DNA of 58,351 nucleotides from a virus (Duplodnaviria > Caudoviricetes), in the IMG/VR virus record IMGVR_UViG_3300026196_000002, positions 1-58,351 of that record; one strand, given 5' to 3'. The position numbers were made by a program, and so were the translations under genes. Of this stretch, positions 1 through 9,839 are shown in pieces. A model generated the notes under the pieces. That model had not been told where the DNA came from, did not search any database, and was given only the letters and a program-made list of their open reading frames with translations. Within the stretch, counting starts at the first letter, position 1. Each line of letters begins with the position of its first letter.

Positions 1-127
1 AAAAGCCTGAAAACGTATTTATAAATCATTACGCCTTGCAGTATTATGGGGATGATATTGTTGTTGAGGACGTTCACAATTTGAGTATTACTGGCGGGAT
101 TGAACATTATGATGGCTCTGGCCCTGC
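1..127. repeat. Terminal 127-bp direct repeat (copy 1); circular-assembly overlap
   Basis: 1-127 is identical to 58225-58351, and one ORF reads in frame across the junction. Confidence 0.95.
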
Positions 128-1349
128 TGTTCGTATGGATGTAGGGGCAGATATTACCGGGAAAGTCGTTATTGACATAATCCCTCATAATACCCCGTCG
201 TTTTCTATTGCGGATGAACACATTCCTGTTATTGATTTTAGGAGTGGTTTTTTAGAGGGTTATTACAATTCCTCTGATCCTAGTTATGACGCAACATTTG
301 AGACAGGTTTGGATGGATGGATACAGTCATACGCCTTCACACCTCCAACTGACAACCTCAGGGTGACAACACAAGCACACACAGGGACTTATTCGTTTGC
401 CGTTACAGGGTCTGACAATGGTGCAAGTTGTGAAAACACTTATTTTTACGAGACTTACACAAATCTGCCTAATACAACCTACCTCCTGAGTTTTTGGGCG
501 AAGGCTAATCAAAGTGATGTGGCTTTTGTTTGGCAAGAAGATGGGGCTGGAACACCAACAGAAATATTGAATATTTCAGAAGTCAGCACCTCATGGACAA
601 AATACACGGCAGAATTTACAGGTTCAGCAATTTCAAGTAATCTAATTAGAGCCTATATAAATTATTGTACTACAGAGACAGCTGTTGTGTATGTCGATGA
701 TCTTACAATAACTCCATCATTAGAGGGGGGAGAAGTCCTCGTTTATAATTCCACCAATAAAAGATATGAGGATGCTGCGGAGGGGGGTCCCCTTATCCAA
801 CAAGACGACTCATCTGTAGCCGTCACAGACACAGGGACGGATGGAAAGATTGAGTTCACAGTTGATGGAGAAACTAGCCTCACTTTAAATGATACATTTA
901 ATAGTTATACAGCCCCTAATGCGTCATTTAAAACTAATGGAGTATCCAACTCGCTTAACATGGTGACACACAACGCCGCATCCACAGGTACAAATTATTT
1001 TAGATTTATCAAAGCGAGAGGCACTGAAGCAAGCCCATCTGCGACACAGTCTGGTGATGTCATGGGGTTATTCTATTTCGGTGGCTATAACGGAACAGAT
1101 TATGATGTGCGAACTTTTATGCAGGGCGTCGCAACGGAGAATTGGGATGCAACCACTGGAGAAGGTTTTAGAGTTGATATAAAAACAAAAGCGAATGGTC
1201 AAACTGGCGGATCTGCTGTCGCGATGACATTTCAGGATGACGGTGAGATTGAAATACCTGATTTGGCTGGCACATACACGGGTGGTTCAGCATATGTGTG
1301 TGTCGATAATGCAGGTGTTTTATTTGTGTCTGAATCCGCCTGCCCATAA
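1..1349 (+). CDS. Tailspike C-terminal part (carbohydrate-binding-like domain plus fiber-type C-terminus)
   Basis: CBM4/9-like segment (TFETGLDGW...YLLSFWAK...VYVDDLTI); C-terminal KARGTEASPSATQSGD motif typical of phage fibers. Confidence 0.7.
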   Translation, partial: KPENVFINHYALQYYGDDIVVEDVHNLSITGGIEHYDGSGPAVRMDVGADITGKVVIDIIPHNTPSFSIADEHIPVIDFRSGFLEGYYNSSDPSYDATFETGLDGWIQSYAFTPPTDNLRVTTQAHTGTYSFAVTGSDNGASCENTYFYETYTNLPNTTYLLSFWAKANQSDVAFVWQEDGAGTPTEILNISEVSTSWTKYTAEFTGSAISSNLIRAYINYCTTETAVVYVDDLTITPSLEGGEVLVYNSTNKRYEDAAEGGPLIQQDDSSVAVTDTGTDGKIEFTVDGETSLTLNDTFNSYTAPNASFKTNGVSNSLNMVTHNAASTGTNYFRFIKARGTEASPSATQSGDVMGLFYFGGYNGTDYDVRTFMQGVATENWDATTGEGFRVDIKTKANGQTGGSAVAMTFQDDGEIEIPDLAGTYTGGSAYVCVDNAGVLFVSESACP

Positions 1350-1358
1350 GGAGCAACA

Positions 1359-1583
1359 ATGAAACAATTGCTATTACTAATCCTCCTGCTCCCCTCCCTC
1401 GCGCTGGCCGGGTATGTGACCATCGGGGTTGCTGTACCACATGATCTAACAATGGCCATTACCGACACAACAGCCATCAGCGCTGATATCAATGGGGGTA
1501 CTGGTCGAGCAATTACCGACTACACCACCGAGAGCGGCAGCTATGACGGCAACGCCAAATTCCAGATGCGGGATATTCAGTAA
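1359..1583 (+). CDS. Small protein with predicted signal peptide
   Basis: RBS AGGAG; N-terminus MKQLLLLILLLPSLALA. Confidence 0.7.
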   Translation: MKQLLLLILLLPSLALAGYVTIGVAVPHDLTMAITDTTAISADINGGTGRAITDYTTESGSYDGNAKFQMRDIQ

Positions 1584-1666
1584 TTGCTACTTTGAGGCGT
1601 CCCGCCTACGGTCAAAGTTGGGGCTAATAGGGTATTAATAACCCAAGCATTTGAAAGCAGAGCATA

Positions 1667-3751
1667 GTGGCCGTAAAAATCCACCCTTCAGTAAAGCCAG
1701 ACACACCGCTGGCGAAAATCCCTAGTCATGCTAAGTACCGTATGGCTCAACATGGGGCTGATATTGTCATTGGTGGTGATCACCCAACACTGGTGCTGCC
1801 GGAAGTCCGCGCCGATAAGTGGGGAGGTACGTGCTGGCTGACGGTTCGCCATGCCGACGCCGACCAGATGCATCCGCAGGATCGGCATACCGAGCGACTG
1901 GCTAATGGTAAGGTGGAGCTCGATCTGCCGGTCAGTGCCAAAGGCCGGACGCACCGGATAAAGCAGGGGTCGCTCAAGTGGGATATTGAGTATGCATCTG
2001 CGGAGTCGCTGCCTGCTGACGGGATCGAGCGGTTCAGCCTTGAGTCACCTGCTGGGCTGACATGGCATCACCAGTCTGCCTTGACACAGGCAGAAATCGA
2101 CGCGGGGCTCTCTCGTCCTGAGAACGTCATCAACTCTTACGCAGCCTACTGGAACCAATCAAACAATCAGTACGGCACCGGCAAATTCGCCCATCTTTAC
2201 CGCCCGGAAATGGTCGATGCTAGTGGTAACCGCGCTTGGGCCACCCAAGAGATTGTCGGTGATGAGCTGCGAGTAGTCCTCCCCCTCGGGTGGCTTGAGA
2301 CGGCGACCTACCCCGTCACCCTCGACCCAACTTTTGGGTTTGAATCGGTTGGTGCGTCTACTCGAAATGCATTAAATAATTATCTCATGGGGATTGGACC
2401 GTTCACGCCAACAGCTTCCGGGACTGTTACCTCCATATCCATCTATATGACGGTGGCGACTGACGGGACATCGGTAACGATGGGCCTGTACGACGATACT
2501 GCTGCTGACCCGGCAAATCGTCTCGGCAGCAGTTCCGGTGGTTCGGTCCCCAATGCGTGGGGATGGCGGGAACAGTCGGTGAGTGCGGAAGTCACGGGAG
2601 GAGCGGATTATTGGGTAGCTCAAAACCACGATACCGGCTACGCCTATCTCAAGTTTGACAGTGTTGCCGATTTCCATGGTGTTTATACTTCTGACACCTA
2701 TTCCGCAGGGTCGCTGCCAGACCCATTCGGCGCGATTGGCGGGTCTTGGTCTAATACTAAACATTCAGCATACGCCACCTATGCCGAGGGGACAAGTAGT
2801 TTTGGGTTTGTTGATAGTGGCGGGTTCAGCTTTGAAAATGATGGCGGCTTCGATTGGGGGGATACTGACGGCACCCTGACTTCTCCAGCGATTTCGGCAC
2901 AGCCGGTTGTCTCTTCACCAACTTTGCTTGGCGTCAGGGTTGGGATCATGACCGCCCCACCCGTCAGCGCCCGGCCTGCAGTTTCGGCAGTGGTTGCGAC
3001 GGGGGTTCAAAACGGCGAACTGACCGCCCCACAAATTAGTGCCCAACCAGTCGTCAGCCCCTCAACCCTGACGACGACGGCAGCGGCGGTGATGACTTCT
3101 CCGCAGGTTAGCGTTCAGCCTGTCGTCTCCTCCTCGGTTTGCACGGGCACCCAAAACGGGGCCATGACCGCCCCGGCAGTCAGTGCGCAGCCAACGGTTA
3201 CCGCCTCATTCCTTGTTGGCGGAGCTGTCGGCGTGATGACCTCTCCACAAACAACAATTCAGCCGAGCGTTGTTTCTTCCCTGTTATCGGCTGGGTCTTT
3301 CGGCTTGATGGATCCTCCGGCGGTTACAGCCCAACCGGCTATCTCTGTGTCAACTCTGTTCGGCGTCCGTAACGGGTCAATGTCCTCGCCGCCCGTTTCT
3401 GTCCAGCCTGAAATTGTTGCGACAGTCGCCTATGGTCTGCGCAGCGGGGATATGACTTCGCCAGCCGTGACGGTTCAGCCTGTTGTTCTGGCGGCGTCTC
3501 TGGCGGTCGGCATTCTCGATGGGGCAATGGCCTCCCCGGCGGTCAGTACCAGGCCGAAGCTTGCCGTTTCCTTGTTGTCTGGAGTGAGGATCGGGGCACT
3601 GGCAAGCCCAGCCCTGACTGTTCCGCTCTCTGTTACGGCGTCAAGATTATTGGTCGGGTCGGCAGAGGGCAACCCAAGGGAGGTTATTTATTTCCAGGGG
3701 CGGATAAAATCAATTACGCTTGATGGGCGGGTTAAAAACATACAAATTTAA
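1667..3751 (+). CDS. Putative virion structural protein with repetitive C-terminal half
   Basis: 694 aa; repeats of the form G-x-MTSPxVSxQPxV; lies in the tail gene region. Confidence 0.65.
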   Translation: MAVKIHPSVKPDTPLAKIPSHAKYRMAQHGADIVIGGDHPTLVLPEVRADKWGGTCWLTVRHADADQMHPQDRHTERLANGKVELDLPVSAKGRTHRIKQGSLKWDIEYASAESLPADGIERFSLESPAGLTWHHQSALTQAEIDAGLSRPENVINSYAAYWNQSNNQYGTGKFAHLYRPEMVDASGNRAWATQEIVGDELRVVLPLGWLETATYPVTLDPTFGFESVGASTRNALNNYLMGIGPFTPTASGTVTSISIYMTVATDGTSVTMGLYDDTAADPANRLGSSSGGSVPNAWGWREQSVSAEVTGGADYWVAQNHDTGYAYLKFDSVADFHGVYTSDTYSAGSLPDPFGAIGGSWSNTKHSAYATYAEGTSSFGFVDSGGFSFENDGGFDWGDTDGTLTSPAISAQPVVSSPTLLGVRVGIMTAPPVSARPAVSAVVATGVQNGELTAPQISAQPVVSPSTLTTTAAAVMTSPQVSVQPVVSSSVCTGTQNGAMTAPAVSAQPTVTASFLVGGAVGVMTSPQTTIQPSVVSSLLSAGSFGLMDPPAVTAQPAISVSTLFGVRNGSMSSPPVSVQPEIVATVAYGLRSGDMTSPAVTVQPVVLAASLAVGILDGAMASPAVSTRPKLAVSLLSGVRIGALASPALTVPLSVTASRLLVGSAEGNPREVIYFQGRIKSITLDGRVKNIQI

Positions 3752-3761
3752 GGGGCCACTT

Positions 3762-4061
3762 ATGTTACTTGCAAGTAAACAGCCTTACGAGGAATATTTC
3801 ATCACCGTCACCTTTGGCGATTTTGTGGACACCAGCGAAACGGTTGCATCCTACACTATTACGGTGGCTGACGAAGCGGGAGGGGATGTAACCAGTACTA
3901 TCCTGGACACGACGAAAACGGTCAATAACGGGACGTCTCTTAGCTTATGGGTGCGCGGCGGCACGTCAGACAACGCCTATACCATTCTTTTCAAGGTTAC
4001 CGGATCGGACGGGCAGAAGGTAGAAAAAGAACTCGTCCTCCCGGTCTTGGACACAGAGTAA
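3762..4061 (+). CDS. Putative fiber-tail adaptor-like small virion protein
   Basis: KQPYEE...LWVRGGT...Y pattern seen in small phage tail proteins. Confidence 0.55.
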   Translation: MLLASKQPYEEYFITVTFGDFVDTSETVASYTITVADEAGGDVTSTILDTTKTVNNGTSLSLWVRGGTSDNAYTILFKVTGSDGQKVEKELVLPVLDTE

Positions 4062-4066
4062 GCAAC

Positions 4067-4306
4067 ATGCCTAGAGTCCTTACTTGCGGAGGTTGGCATT
4101 GTGCCCACCGGGCAGGGCTAACTCCTCCTGCTCCAGACTACTGTCGGTCAGTATGTTTGGCTGGAAGATTTTACGACACAAGGGGCTGCATGGCTATCGG
4201 CGGATCATGCCGTAACCCTGCCGCCCCTTCTTTTGTTAGAGAGCATAAGGAAGTGGCCTTTGGTGCGCTTCTGGCTTCACCCCCTATTGCTACTCAAAAA
4301 ATTTAG
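4067..4306 (+). pseudogene. Probable remnant of a metallophosphoesterase gene
   Basis: MPRVLTCGGWHCAHRAGLTPP resembles the phage phosphoesterase N-terminus (xDxHCGHxxGLTPP) but lacks the Asp and is only 79 aa. Confidence 0.4.
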
Positions 4307-4333
4307 ATTTTTAGTCAACAGTCTATGTGCCAA

Positions 4334-4516
4334 TCAGTAAACAATTCTGACGTTGCTGATCTTCCCCTGAACAATAGCTGAGACAATGGCTTTTGCAATG
4401 GCGCTTCCCTCTGCGATGTTTCCAGCGTGGAGATCAGAGATGACGTTGACCAGATCGGCGGCGGCAGCGTTGTTGATTTTCGCTTGCACGACATCAGGCT
4501 TCTGTGTGTTTCCCAC
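4334..4516 (-). CDS. Small hypothetical protein, possibly a fragment
   Basis: Follows the exonuclease in the leftward operon. Confidence 0.45.
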   Translation of the reverse strand: MGNTQKPDVVQAKINNAAAADLVNVISDLHAGNIAEGSAIAKAIVSAIVQGKISNVRIVY

Positions 4517-4531
4517 TGTTCCCCCCCTTGT

Positions 4532-5206
4532 TTACAAAAACATCATGCGCCGATGAACATTTCTGAGTGCTGCTACGTCTGCCCGGTTGTAATCTACTAT
4601 TTTCTTAATATTCCCTTTCTGGAATTCCGGCCAAACATCGGCTCCGGTCATGTCAGTCTTCGGGGATTCAACGCCAAGAGCCTTACAAACGGCATCAAGC
4701 GAGACGTAATTCCCCCATCCGGCCCACGCGGTCTTGGTGTCATAGACATGCTCTCCATTATATCTTGTGTCCTGGCGGAGATCGAATGACGGCTTACAGG
4801 ACAAGACAACCGAACGCTGGAATAAAAACCTCAGGTCAAACAAGTCCTTACTGCCATGAATCACCCGCTGCAGCATCCCGATGCCCTCAGAGATGAGAGA
4901 ATCGTTGACCGCTAAATAGAAACCATCAAGCAAGTCCAACTCGCTTTCGCCCTGTGACCTGAAACGAGTTCTGACCTCGGAAGTATTCAGCGCCCAGGAA
5001 ATGCAAACAACCTCTCCCTTCGACCCGTCAAAGGACGTTTTCAGCCATTTTTCTTCTGCCGCCTGCTCAGCATTTTCTTTCATCCATGCTGCAATGGATT
5101 CAGGTTTTTTGATGTTCCCAGGCGGAGAAATTGAGGCATAGATATCCTCTTTTACCTGCTGAGATTGGGAGGGAATTGTTTCAATGTCGAGATAAAGATA
5201 GTTCAT
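4532..5206 (-). CDS. DEDD-family 3'-5' exonuclease (PolB proofreading-like)
   Basis: YLDIETIP (ExoI), FDLRFL (ExoII), YNRADV (ExoIII). Confidence 0.85.
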   Translation of the reverse strand: MNYLYLDIETIPSQSQQVKEDIYASISPPGNIKKPESIAAWMKENAEQAAEEKWLKTSFDGSKGEVVCISWALNTSEVRTRFRSQGESELDLLDGFYLAVNDSLISEGIGMLQRVIHGSKDLFDLRFLFQRSVVLSCKPSFDLRQDTRYNGEHVYDTKTAWAGWGNYVSLDAVCKALGVESPKTDMTGADVWPEFQKGNIKKIVDYNRADVAALRNVHRRMMFL

Positions 5207-5877
5207 GGTTTATCCTTAAATGGGAGGTCGTCTTTTGAGCTGTCATAAGAAGGCCCTTCGTTTTCAAGCTTATCGACCATCTTTTTCAGTTCTTTGGCGA
5301 CAACCCCCGCCTGCTTGTCTGAATACCCACGGTAGTCGGGTTTTCCAAGGATAGTTTTACCGTCCTTTTCCCACGTTGTCAGGTCGATCAAGGTTGCCTT
5401 TTTTTCTTCGATGCTGTCGCCGAAAAGGGTATCAAGGGCATGCACAATGTCGTTGTTAATTTTTTGCCGTGCATCTGAGGGCGCAGGGTTGTTTTGCTGA
5501 TCAGTGGCTCTCTGCTGGGGCGGCTGGTTCTGCTGATGTATTGCATTTGCTACTTCGTCGGCCGTGGCAAACTCTGTCCCACCAAGGCCGAAGGAAGCAA
5601 GAGCGCGGCCAATCGCAGAAGTTTCAGCATTCTCCAGAGCGCTGGTGCGGTTAATCTGGCTGCGGCTGCGCTGTTCTTCAGCGTGACCGGTAGCGATAAC
5701 CCTGCCCTGTTCATCGCTAATTCTGGCGATCATGACCACTTCGTCCTGATCGCGAAAAAGAATTTCCGTCGTCAAAGAAATCATCGGGTGAGATTCACGA
5801 AATTTTCCGACCCGATAAGCAACGGTCTGATATTGTTTTCCGTGGATTTCAACGATTCCTGTATCTTTATTCATCAC
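5203..5877 (-). CDS. Putative Rad52/Sak-like single-strand annealing protein
   Basis: IHGKQYQTVAYRV...ATGHAEE...SALENAETSAIGRAL motif; coupled to the exonuclease gene. Confidence 0.65.
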   Translation of the reverse strand: MMNKDTGIVEIHGKQYQTVAYRVGKFRESHPMISLTTEILFRDQDEVVMIARISDEQGRVIATGHAEEQRSRSQINRTSALENAETSAIGRALASFGLGGTEFATADEVANAIHQQNQPPQQRATDQQNNPAPSDARQKINNDIVHALDTLFGDSIEEKKATLIDLTTWEKDGKTILGKPDYRGYSDKQAGVVAKELKKMVDKLENEGPSYDSSKDDLPFKDKP

Positions 5878-6143
5878 ACCACCTCGCCGCCAATGGCCGC
5901 AATCTCTTTTCTGAGTTGTTTTATTTTTTCCTTCCTTTCGAGATTTATTCTTTTATGCCAAATTTCAAACGCCTCTTCGTAAGACGTGCCGGTCGCGGAA
6001 TATCCGTTGATGTAGACGGCAAAATGTGGGGCTTCTTTGCTTTCGAAACACCCTTTGCGCAAGCCGTCATTAACAGTCACAGACCCGTAAGGATCGCCGT
6101 TGTGTAGCTTCATGGCCTGTTCAAACGCCTCTTTTTTTGTCAT
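5874..6143 (-). CDS. Hypothetical protein
   Basis: RBS AGGAG; overlaps the next start codon. Confidence 0.7.
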   Translation of the reverse strand: MTKKEAFEQAMKLHNGDPYGSVTVNDGLRKGCFESKEAPHFAVYINGYSATGTSYEEAFEIWHKRINLERKEKIKQLRKEIAAIGGEVV

Positions 6144-6222
6144 GATTATTTCTCCTGTCCTCCTGGTTAAAAATAGTCTCCGGGACAGTAGGAGGATGGG
6201 GACTCTCCCGGAGACATTGCAA

Positions 6223-6375
6223 CTAATCTACGTTTGGGTGCTCGTTAAACTCGCGTTCCCACGGATATTCGGGTTCGCGGTCGTACTCAGAGATGCACTC
6301 GTGGTCGTCCAGGTCAGTGACCAGCCCACCACAATTTTTGCATCTGTAAAATCTGATATAGTGATTTCTGTTCAT
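6223..6375 (-). CDS. Small CxxC protein
   Basis: MNRNHYIRFYRCKNCGG. Confidence 0.5.
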   Translation of the reverse strand: MNRNHYIRFYRCKNCGGLVTDLDDHECISEYDREPEYPWEREFNEHPNVD

Positions 6376-6377
6376 AA

Positions 6378-6536
6378 TCACCCCGGCCAGACATCCAGAA
6401 CGATAATAATAAGGCCAGCGATAGCCATGGCCAACGCGCACAGGGGGAACAAGTACATTCTGTCCTGCTGATCAAACTGCTCGTCTTCCGCTGCCTTCCT
6501 CATAACGTACCCGGAAATGTTGAGATCGCTCTTCAT
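6378..6536 (-). CDS. Small membrane protein
   Basis: RBS GGAGG; hydrophobic C-terminus. Confidence 0.6.
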   Translation of the reverse strand: MKSDLNISGYVMRKAAEDEQFDQQDRMYLFPLCALAMAIAGLIIIVLDVWPG

Positions 6537-6559
6537 GGTACCTCCCTTTGTTTGTTTGT

Positions 6560-6660
6560 ATGGGTAGAGCCTATCACCACGGAAACCGGATTGCAAGGAA
6601 AAAAACAGACAATAAGAAATAAAATGATTGACAAGGCAGCCCAATAGATTTAATGTAGAA
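6560..6660. promoter_or_regulatory. Divergent sigma70-like early promoters
   Basis: Rightward TTGACA(6628)-17 bp-TAATGT; leftward TTGCAA-17 bp-TAGGCT; between divergent operons. Confidence 0.55.
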
Positions 6661-6678
6661 AAAAATAAAGGAGGCAAC

Positions 6679-6879
6679 ATGTTAGCAATTTATGAGTTAA
6701 AAAACCTGGTTAATGTTAGAGCCAGGAATGGGTTAACCCAGGCGGAGCTCGCTGAGCAGGCGGGCTGCGGAGTCCACACGATCCACAGGATTGAAAATAG
6801 GGGGGACCCGGTGAAAATGTCCACGGCCCGCAAGATCGCCAGGGCGATGAATGTTGACCTGGCTGAGTTGGTTGGCTGA
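6679..6879 (+). CDS. XRE/Cro-like HTH regulator
   Basis: RARNGLTQAELAEQAG...TIHRIEN; RBS GGAGG. Confidence 0.85.
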   Translation: MLAIYELKNLVNVRARNGLTQAELAEQAGCGVHTIHRIENRGDPVKMSTARKIARAMNVDLAELVG

Positions 6880-6958
6880 GCAACGTCTCCATAGGTGGCA
6901 TGTCCGCTTGATAAAGCGCTGTCCGTTAGCGGTCACCCTTGCTATTAAGAGGGAAAAC

Positions 6959-7300
6959 ATGAGTTTTGAATATTACGGGCCTAGCATGGCCATAGAGGAA
7001 GAAATCAGGCCTTTTGATCTTCACTGTCCACTGATGGGCGGAGGGCTAAACTTTTACAAGGAAAAATGCTTGGCAAGGCAAAGGAACCCACAGGATTCAA
7101 CATGCTATGGTGGGTGTCGAGGAATCAGGGTTAATAGCATGGCAAAAAAGAATAAACTAAATGGGGCGAAAAAAACCGGAAACAGGGCCGCAGCTATGCT
7201 CATGCTGAAGCACAATGTCCCAGTTTCAGAAATCGCCAAAGCCCTGAATGTCAGCAAGGCAACCGTTTATAAATACAAAGGAGGGAGAAATGGCAAATAA
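6959..7300 (+). CDS. Cys-rich protein with C-terminal HTH
   Basis: VPVSEIAKALNVSKATVYKY. Confidence 0.65.
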   Translation: MSFEYYGPSMAIEEEIRPFDLHCPLMGGGLNFYKEKCLARQRNPQDSTCYGGCRGIRVNSMAKKNKLNGAKKTGNRAAAMLMLKHNVPVSEIAKALNVSKATVYKYKGGRNGK

Positions 7301-7751
7301 GTGGATCGGCGTTGGAAATTTAACCAAAGACCCAGATATTAGGTATACACCCCAAGGAGCTGCAGTAACAACATTTTCAATCGCCTGCAATGAGCGGTTT
7401 AAAGATCGGGATGGGAACAAAAAAGAGAAAACTGAATATATCAACATTGTCGCCTGGCGGCAGCTGGCGGAAATCTGCGGGAAGTATCTGCACAAGGGGA
7501 AACAAGTTTATATCGAGGGGAAGATCCAGACCAGTTCCTACGATGATCGCGACGGGAACAAGCGCTATATCACCGAAATCGTTGCTGACCAGATGGAGAT
7601 GCTGGGGGGGCGCGATGATCGCCAGCAGGCGCAGGGTGCCAGCGGCGGGCAGCAGGGGCAGGGCGGCGGTGGTTGTCAGGAACCGGTTTTCAACCCGGAT
7701 GATGAGATACCGTTTTTTCTCCCACATGAGCGACGTGAGGTTAAGTGTTGA
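7290..7751 (+). CDS. ssb: Single-stranded DNA-binding protein
   Basis: NKWIGVGNLTKDPDIRYTP...GKQVYIEGKIQT...DDEIPF. Confidence 0.95.
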   Translation: MANKWIGVGNLTKDPDIRYTPQGAAVTTFSIACNERFKDRDGNKKEKTEYINIVAWRQLAEICGKYLHKGKQVYIEGKIQTSSYDDRDGNKRYITEIVADQMEMLGGRDDRQQAQGASGGQQGQGGGGCQEPVFNPDDEIPFFLPHERREVKC

Positions 7752-7781
7752 GCACATCGAAGGAGTGAAGGCCCTTATCTG

Positions 7782-8192
7782 ATGAAAAAACACCGTATCA
7801 TCATAAGAAGCGATTGGCATAGGGAAAGGGCAGCATCTTTGGCGCGGTCCGCTCCCGAAGGATTTGAGGTCGTCATTCAGAAACATAGGGAGAATAAAAC
7901 TATCCCCCAACTGGGCTACACCTTCGGGATCATTTACCCGACCATTATCGGATTTATCGAAGATAGCCATGGAGATACATTCTCTGTTGAGGAGATCCAC
8001 AAATACATGAAAAGGCAGATTCTTGGAGTGGAACACAAAGAAATTGACGGCGACATTATCGAGGTCGAGATAGAACTGAAGAAGTCAGATAAGGATGCCT
8101 GGTCGGGGTATATCGACCGTCTTGTCGCATATTGCTGGAACCGGTGGGGGTTGCAAATCCCTGCGCCGCACTGGAAAGAGGACCCCGCATGA
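7782..8192 (+). CDS. NinB-like protein
   Basis: Size, position and loose pattern match to NinB/Orf. Confidence 0.5.
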   Translation: MKKHRIIIRSDWHRERAASLARSAPEGFEVVIQKHRENKTIPQLGYTFGIIYPTIIGFIEDSHGDTFSVEEIHKYMKRQILGVEHKEIDGDIIEVEIELKKSDKDAWSGYIDRLVAYCWNRWGLQIPAPHWKEDPA

Positions 8193-8497
8193 TATTCCCA
8201 AAGCCGAAACGCTGGAAGAGCAAAAAATACCGGGATGCCGCCAGGGATCAGAATTGCAAGCTCCGCCTGCCAGGGTGCATGAACAATACCGAAACGGTTG
8301 TCCTCGCCCATCGCGGCGGCGCAGGAATGGCGATAAAGGCCTGCGACCACAACGCGGTTGACGCCTGTTTCCATTGTCATTCAATCCTTGACAGGCCGGA
8401 TTACTGGCCATGGCCAAAGAAGGAAATGGAGAGTCGGTTCAATCGCGGGCGCCTGGAAACCCTCATTGACCGGATCGAGCGGGGGATTTTAAAATGA
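8189..8497 (+). CDS. DUF1364-like Zn-binding putative nuclease
   Basis: ARDQNCKLRLPGC...ETVVLAH...ACFHCH. Confidence 0.75.
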   Translation: MIFPKPKRWKSKKYRDAARDQNCKLRLPGCMNNTETVVLAHRGGAGMAIKACDHNAVDACFHCHSILDRPDYWPWPKKEMESRFNRGRLETLIDRIERGILK

Positions 8498-8934
8498 GTT
8501 ATGAAATTTGCCCGGTGGGGAAGATTTACAACAGGACCCATGCCACATGCCGGACCTGCACAATTAAATGCACTGGGAAGGGCGCGGCACAGCCACACCG
8601 GGCAAAAAAAAGCAAATACGGCAATCGCAAGGTCGTCGTTGACGACGTTCTGTTTGATTCTAAGCGCGAAGCGTCGCGCTATCAAAAATTAAAGTTGATG
8701 GGGCTGGCTGGGGAGATCTCTGGATTGCGGTTGCAGGTAAGGTTCGAACTTGCCCCGGCTGTTGTTATTAACGGAAGAAAGAAGCCGGCACTTCGTTATT
8801 ATGCAGATTTTGTTTATCTCGACAAATCCGGTGGTGTGGTTGTCGAGGATGCAAAAGGGCATCGTGATGGGATCTATAAAATTAAGCGGCACCTTATGAA
8901 GTCGGTCCACGGTATTGATATTCTGGAAACCTGA
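8494..8934 (+). CDS. DUF1064-family PD-(D/E)xK endonuclease
   Basis: SKYGNRKVVVD...FDSKREA...YYADFVY...VVEDAKG. Confidence 0.85.
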   Translation: MSYEICPVGKIYNRTHATCRTCTIKCTGKGAAQPHRAKKSKYGNRKVVVDDVLFDSKREASRYQKLKLMGLAGEISGLRLQVRFELAPAVVINGRKKPALRYYADFVYLDKSGGVVVEDAKGHRDGIYKIKRHLMKSVHGIDILET

Positions 8935-8984
8935 CCAGTGTGTTCAGTCTGCTGATGTCCGTGGTTATACGCAAGGAGTTTCGT

Positions 8985-9188
8985 ATGAAAATAGAACAAG
9001 AAAACCCACTTTATAAACCGATAACTATCACGCTTGAAGAATGGCATGAAGCAAAAGCATTGTTCGGAATTATTGATAAGGCTGAGGTGTGGAGATGCAA
9101 CGCAGAAAACCCAAAATTTACCCACGACGAAATTAAAATGTTAATAGACTTATCAGACGCACTGACCAACCAAGTTGTAAGCGTATAA
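8985..9188 (+). CDS. Cassette ORF, hypothetical
   Basis: RBS AAGGAG; stop codon within the GTATAAC core. Confidence 0.75.
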   Translation: MKIEQENPLYKPITITLEEWHEAKALFGIIDKAEVWRCNAENPKFTHDEIKMLIDLSDALTNQVVSV

Positions 9189-9318
9189 CTGACTTAGATC
9201 AGCTGCGGCGACGTGAAGTTAAGTTTATTACCGCATTAATCGGATAAAACAGACGTATGTTCCGTCCGCTTGATGCACTGGTTAGGTTCTTATCACAACT
9301 TTTTGAAAGGGAGTAATC

Positions 9319-9525
9319 ATGGCAGCAGAAGCTATTTATATTGTTTGGTGCCCGACCGGAGATACCCCACCAATTATCCGCCACCAGTCAGTTGACGAAG
9401 CACGAAGGGCGGCAAGGGATATGTGCCAAAATCACCCACACAAGGAATTTTTTGTGATGAGGGCTGTTGAGTCTGTGCAATACAGAACAGACCCTTTTGT
9501 TTGCAAGAGCTACTGTAAGCGTTAA
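9319..9525 (+). CDS. Cassette ORF, hypothetical phage protein
   Basis: RBS GGGAG; bounded by GTTAGGTTCTT and AAGAACCTAAC. Confidence 0.75.
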   Translation: MAAEAIYIVWCPTGDTPPIIRHQSVDEARRAARDMCQNHPHKEFFVMRAVESVQYRTDPFVCKSYCKR

Positions 9526-9642
9526 GAACCTAACATTACAAATAACTGGTGGCGACGAGCCGACCGAGCATTTAGCGAACAGGGTGTTCCATCCACGTTG
9601 ATTTGCTGGTTAGTTTGCGCTGCTGAGAAGAGGAGAACGACG

Positions 9643-9804
9643 ATGGCAAAAGGTGAAATGGATAAACAGCCCTGCAAAACCTGCGGAAAAGAAACGAACC
9701 AAGTCTTTAATATTGGATTCAAGGCTGTGCCCATTTGTAATTCGTGTGCGAACACGATAGCTATGCAGCAGTTGGGATGGTTGATTGAACACCAAGCAAC
9801 CTAA
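9643..9804 (+). CDS. Cassette ORF, Zn-finger (two CxxC)
   Basis: CKTC...CNSC; RBS AGGAG. Confidence 0.7.
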   Translation: MAKGEMDKQPCKTCGKETNQVFNIGFKAVPICNSCANTIAMQQLGWLIEHQAT

Positions 9805-9839
9805 CGTTACTGATAACCAGGGGCGACGAGGAGGACGTA

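Noticed and set aside
1-127. Biological direct terminal repeat
   Set aside because: It is exactly 127 bp, a common assembler k-mer size, and falls mid-gene; better explained as circular assembly overlap.
6540-6879. Lysogeny module (CI/Cro plus integrase)
   Set aside because: Only one short XRE gene; no CI with a peptidase domain, integrase or partition genes recognised, so lifestyle is left unassigned.
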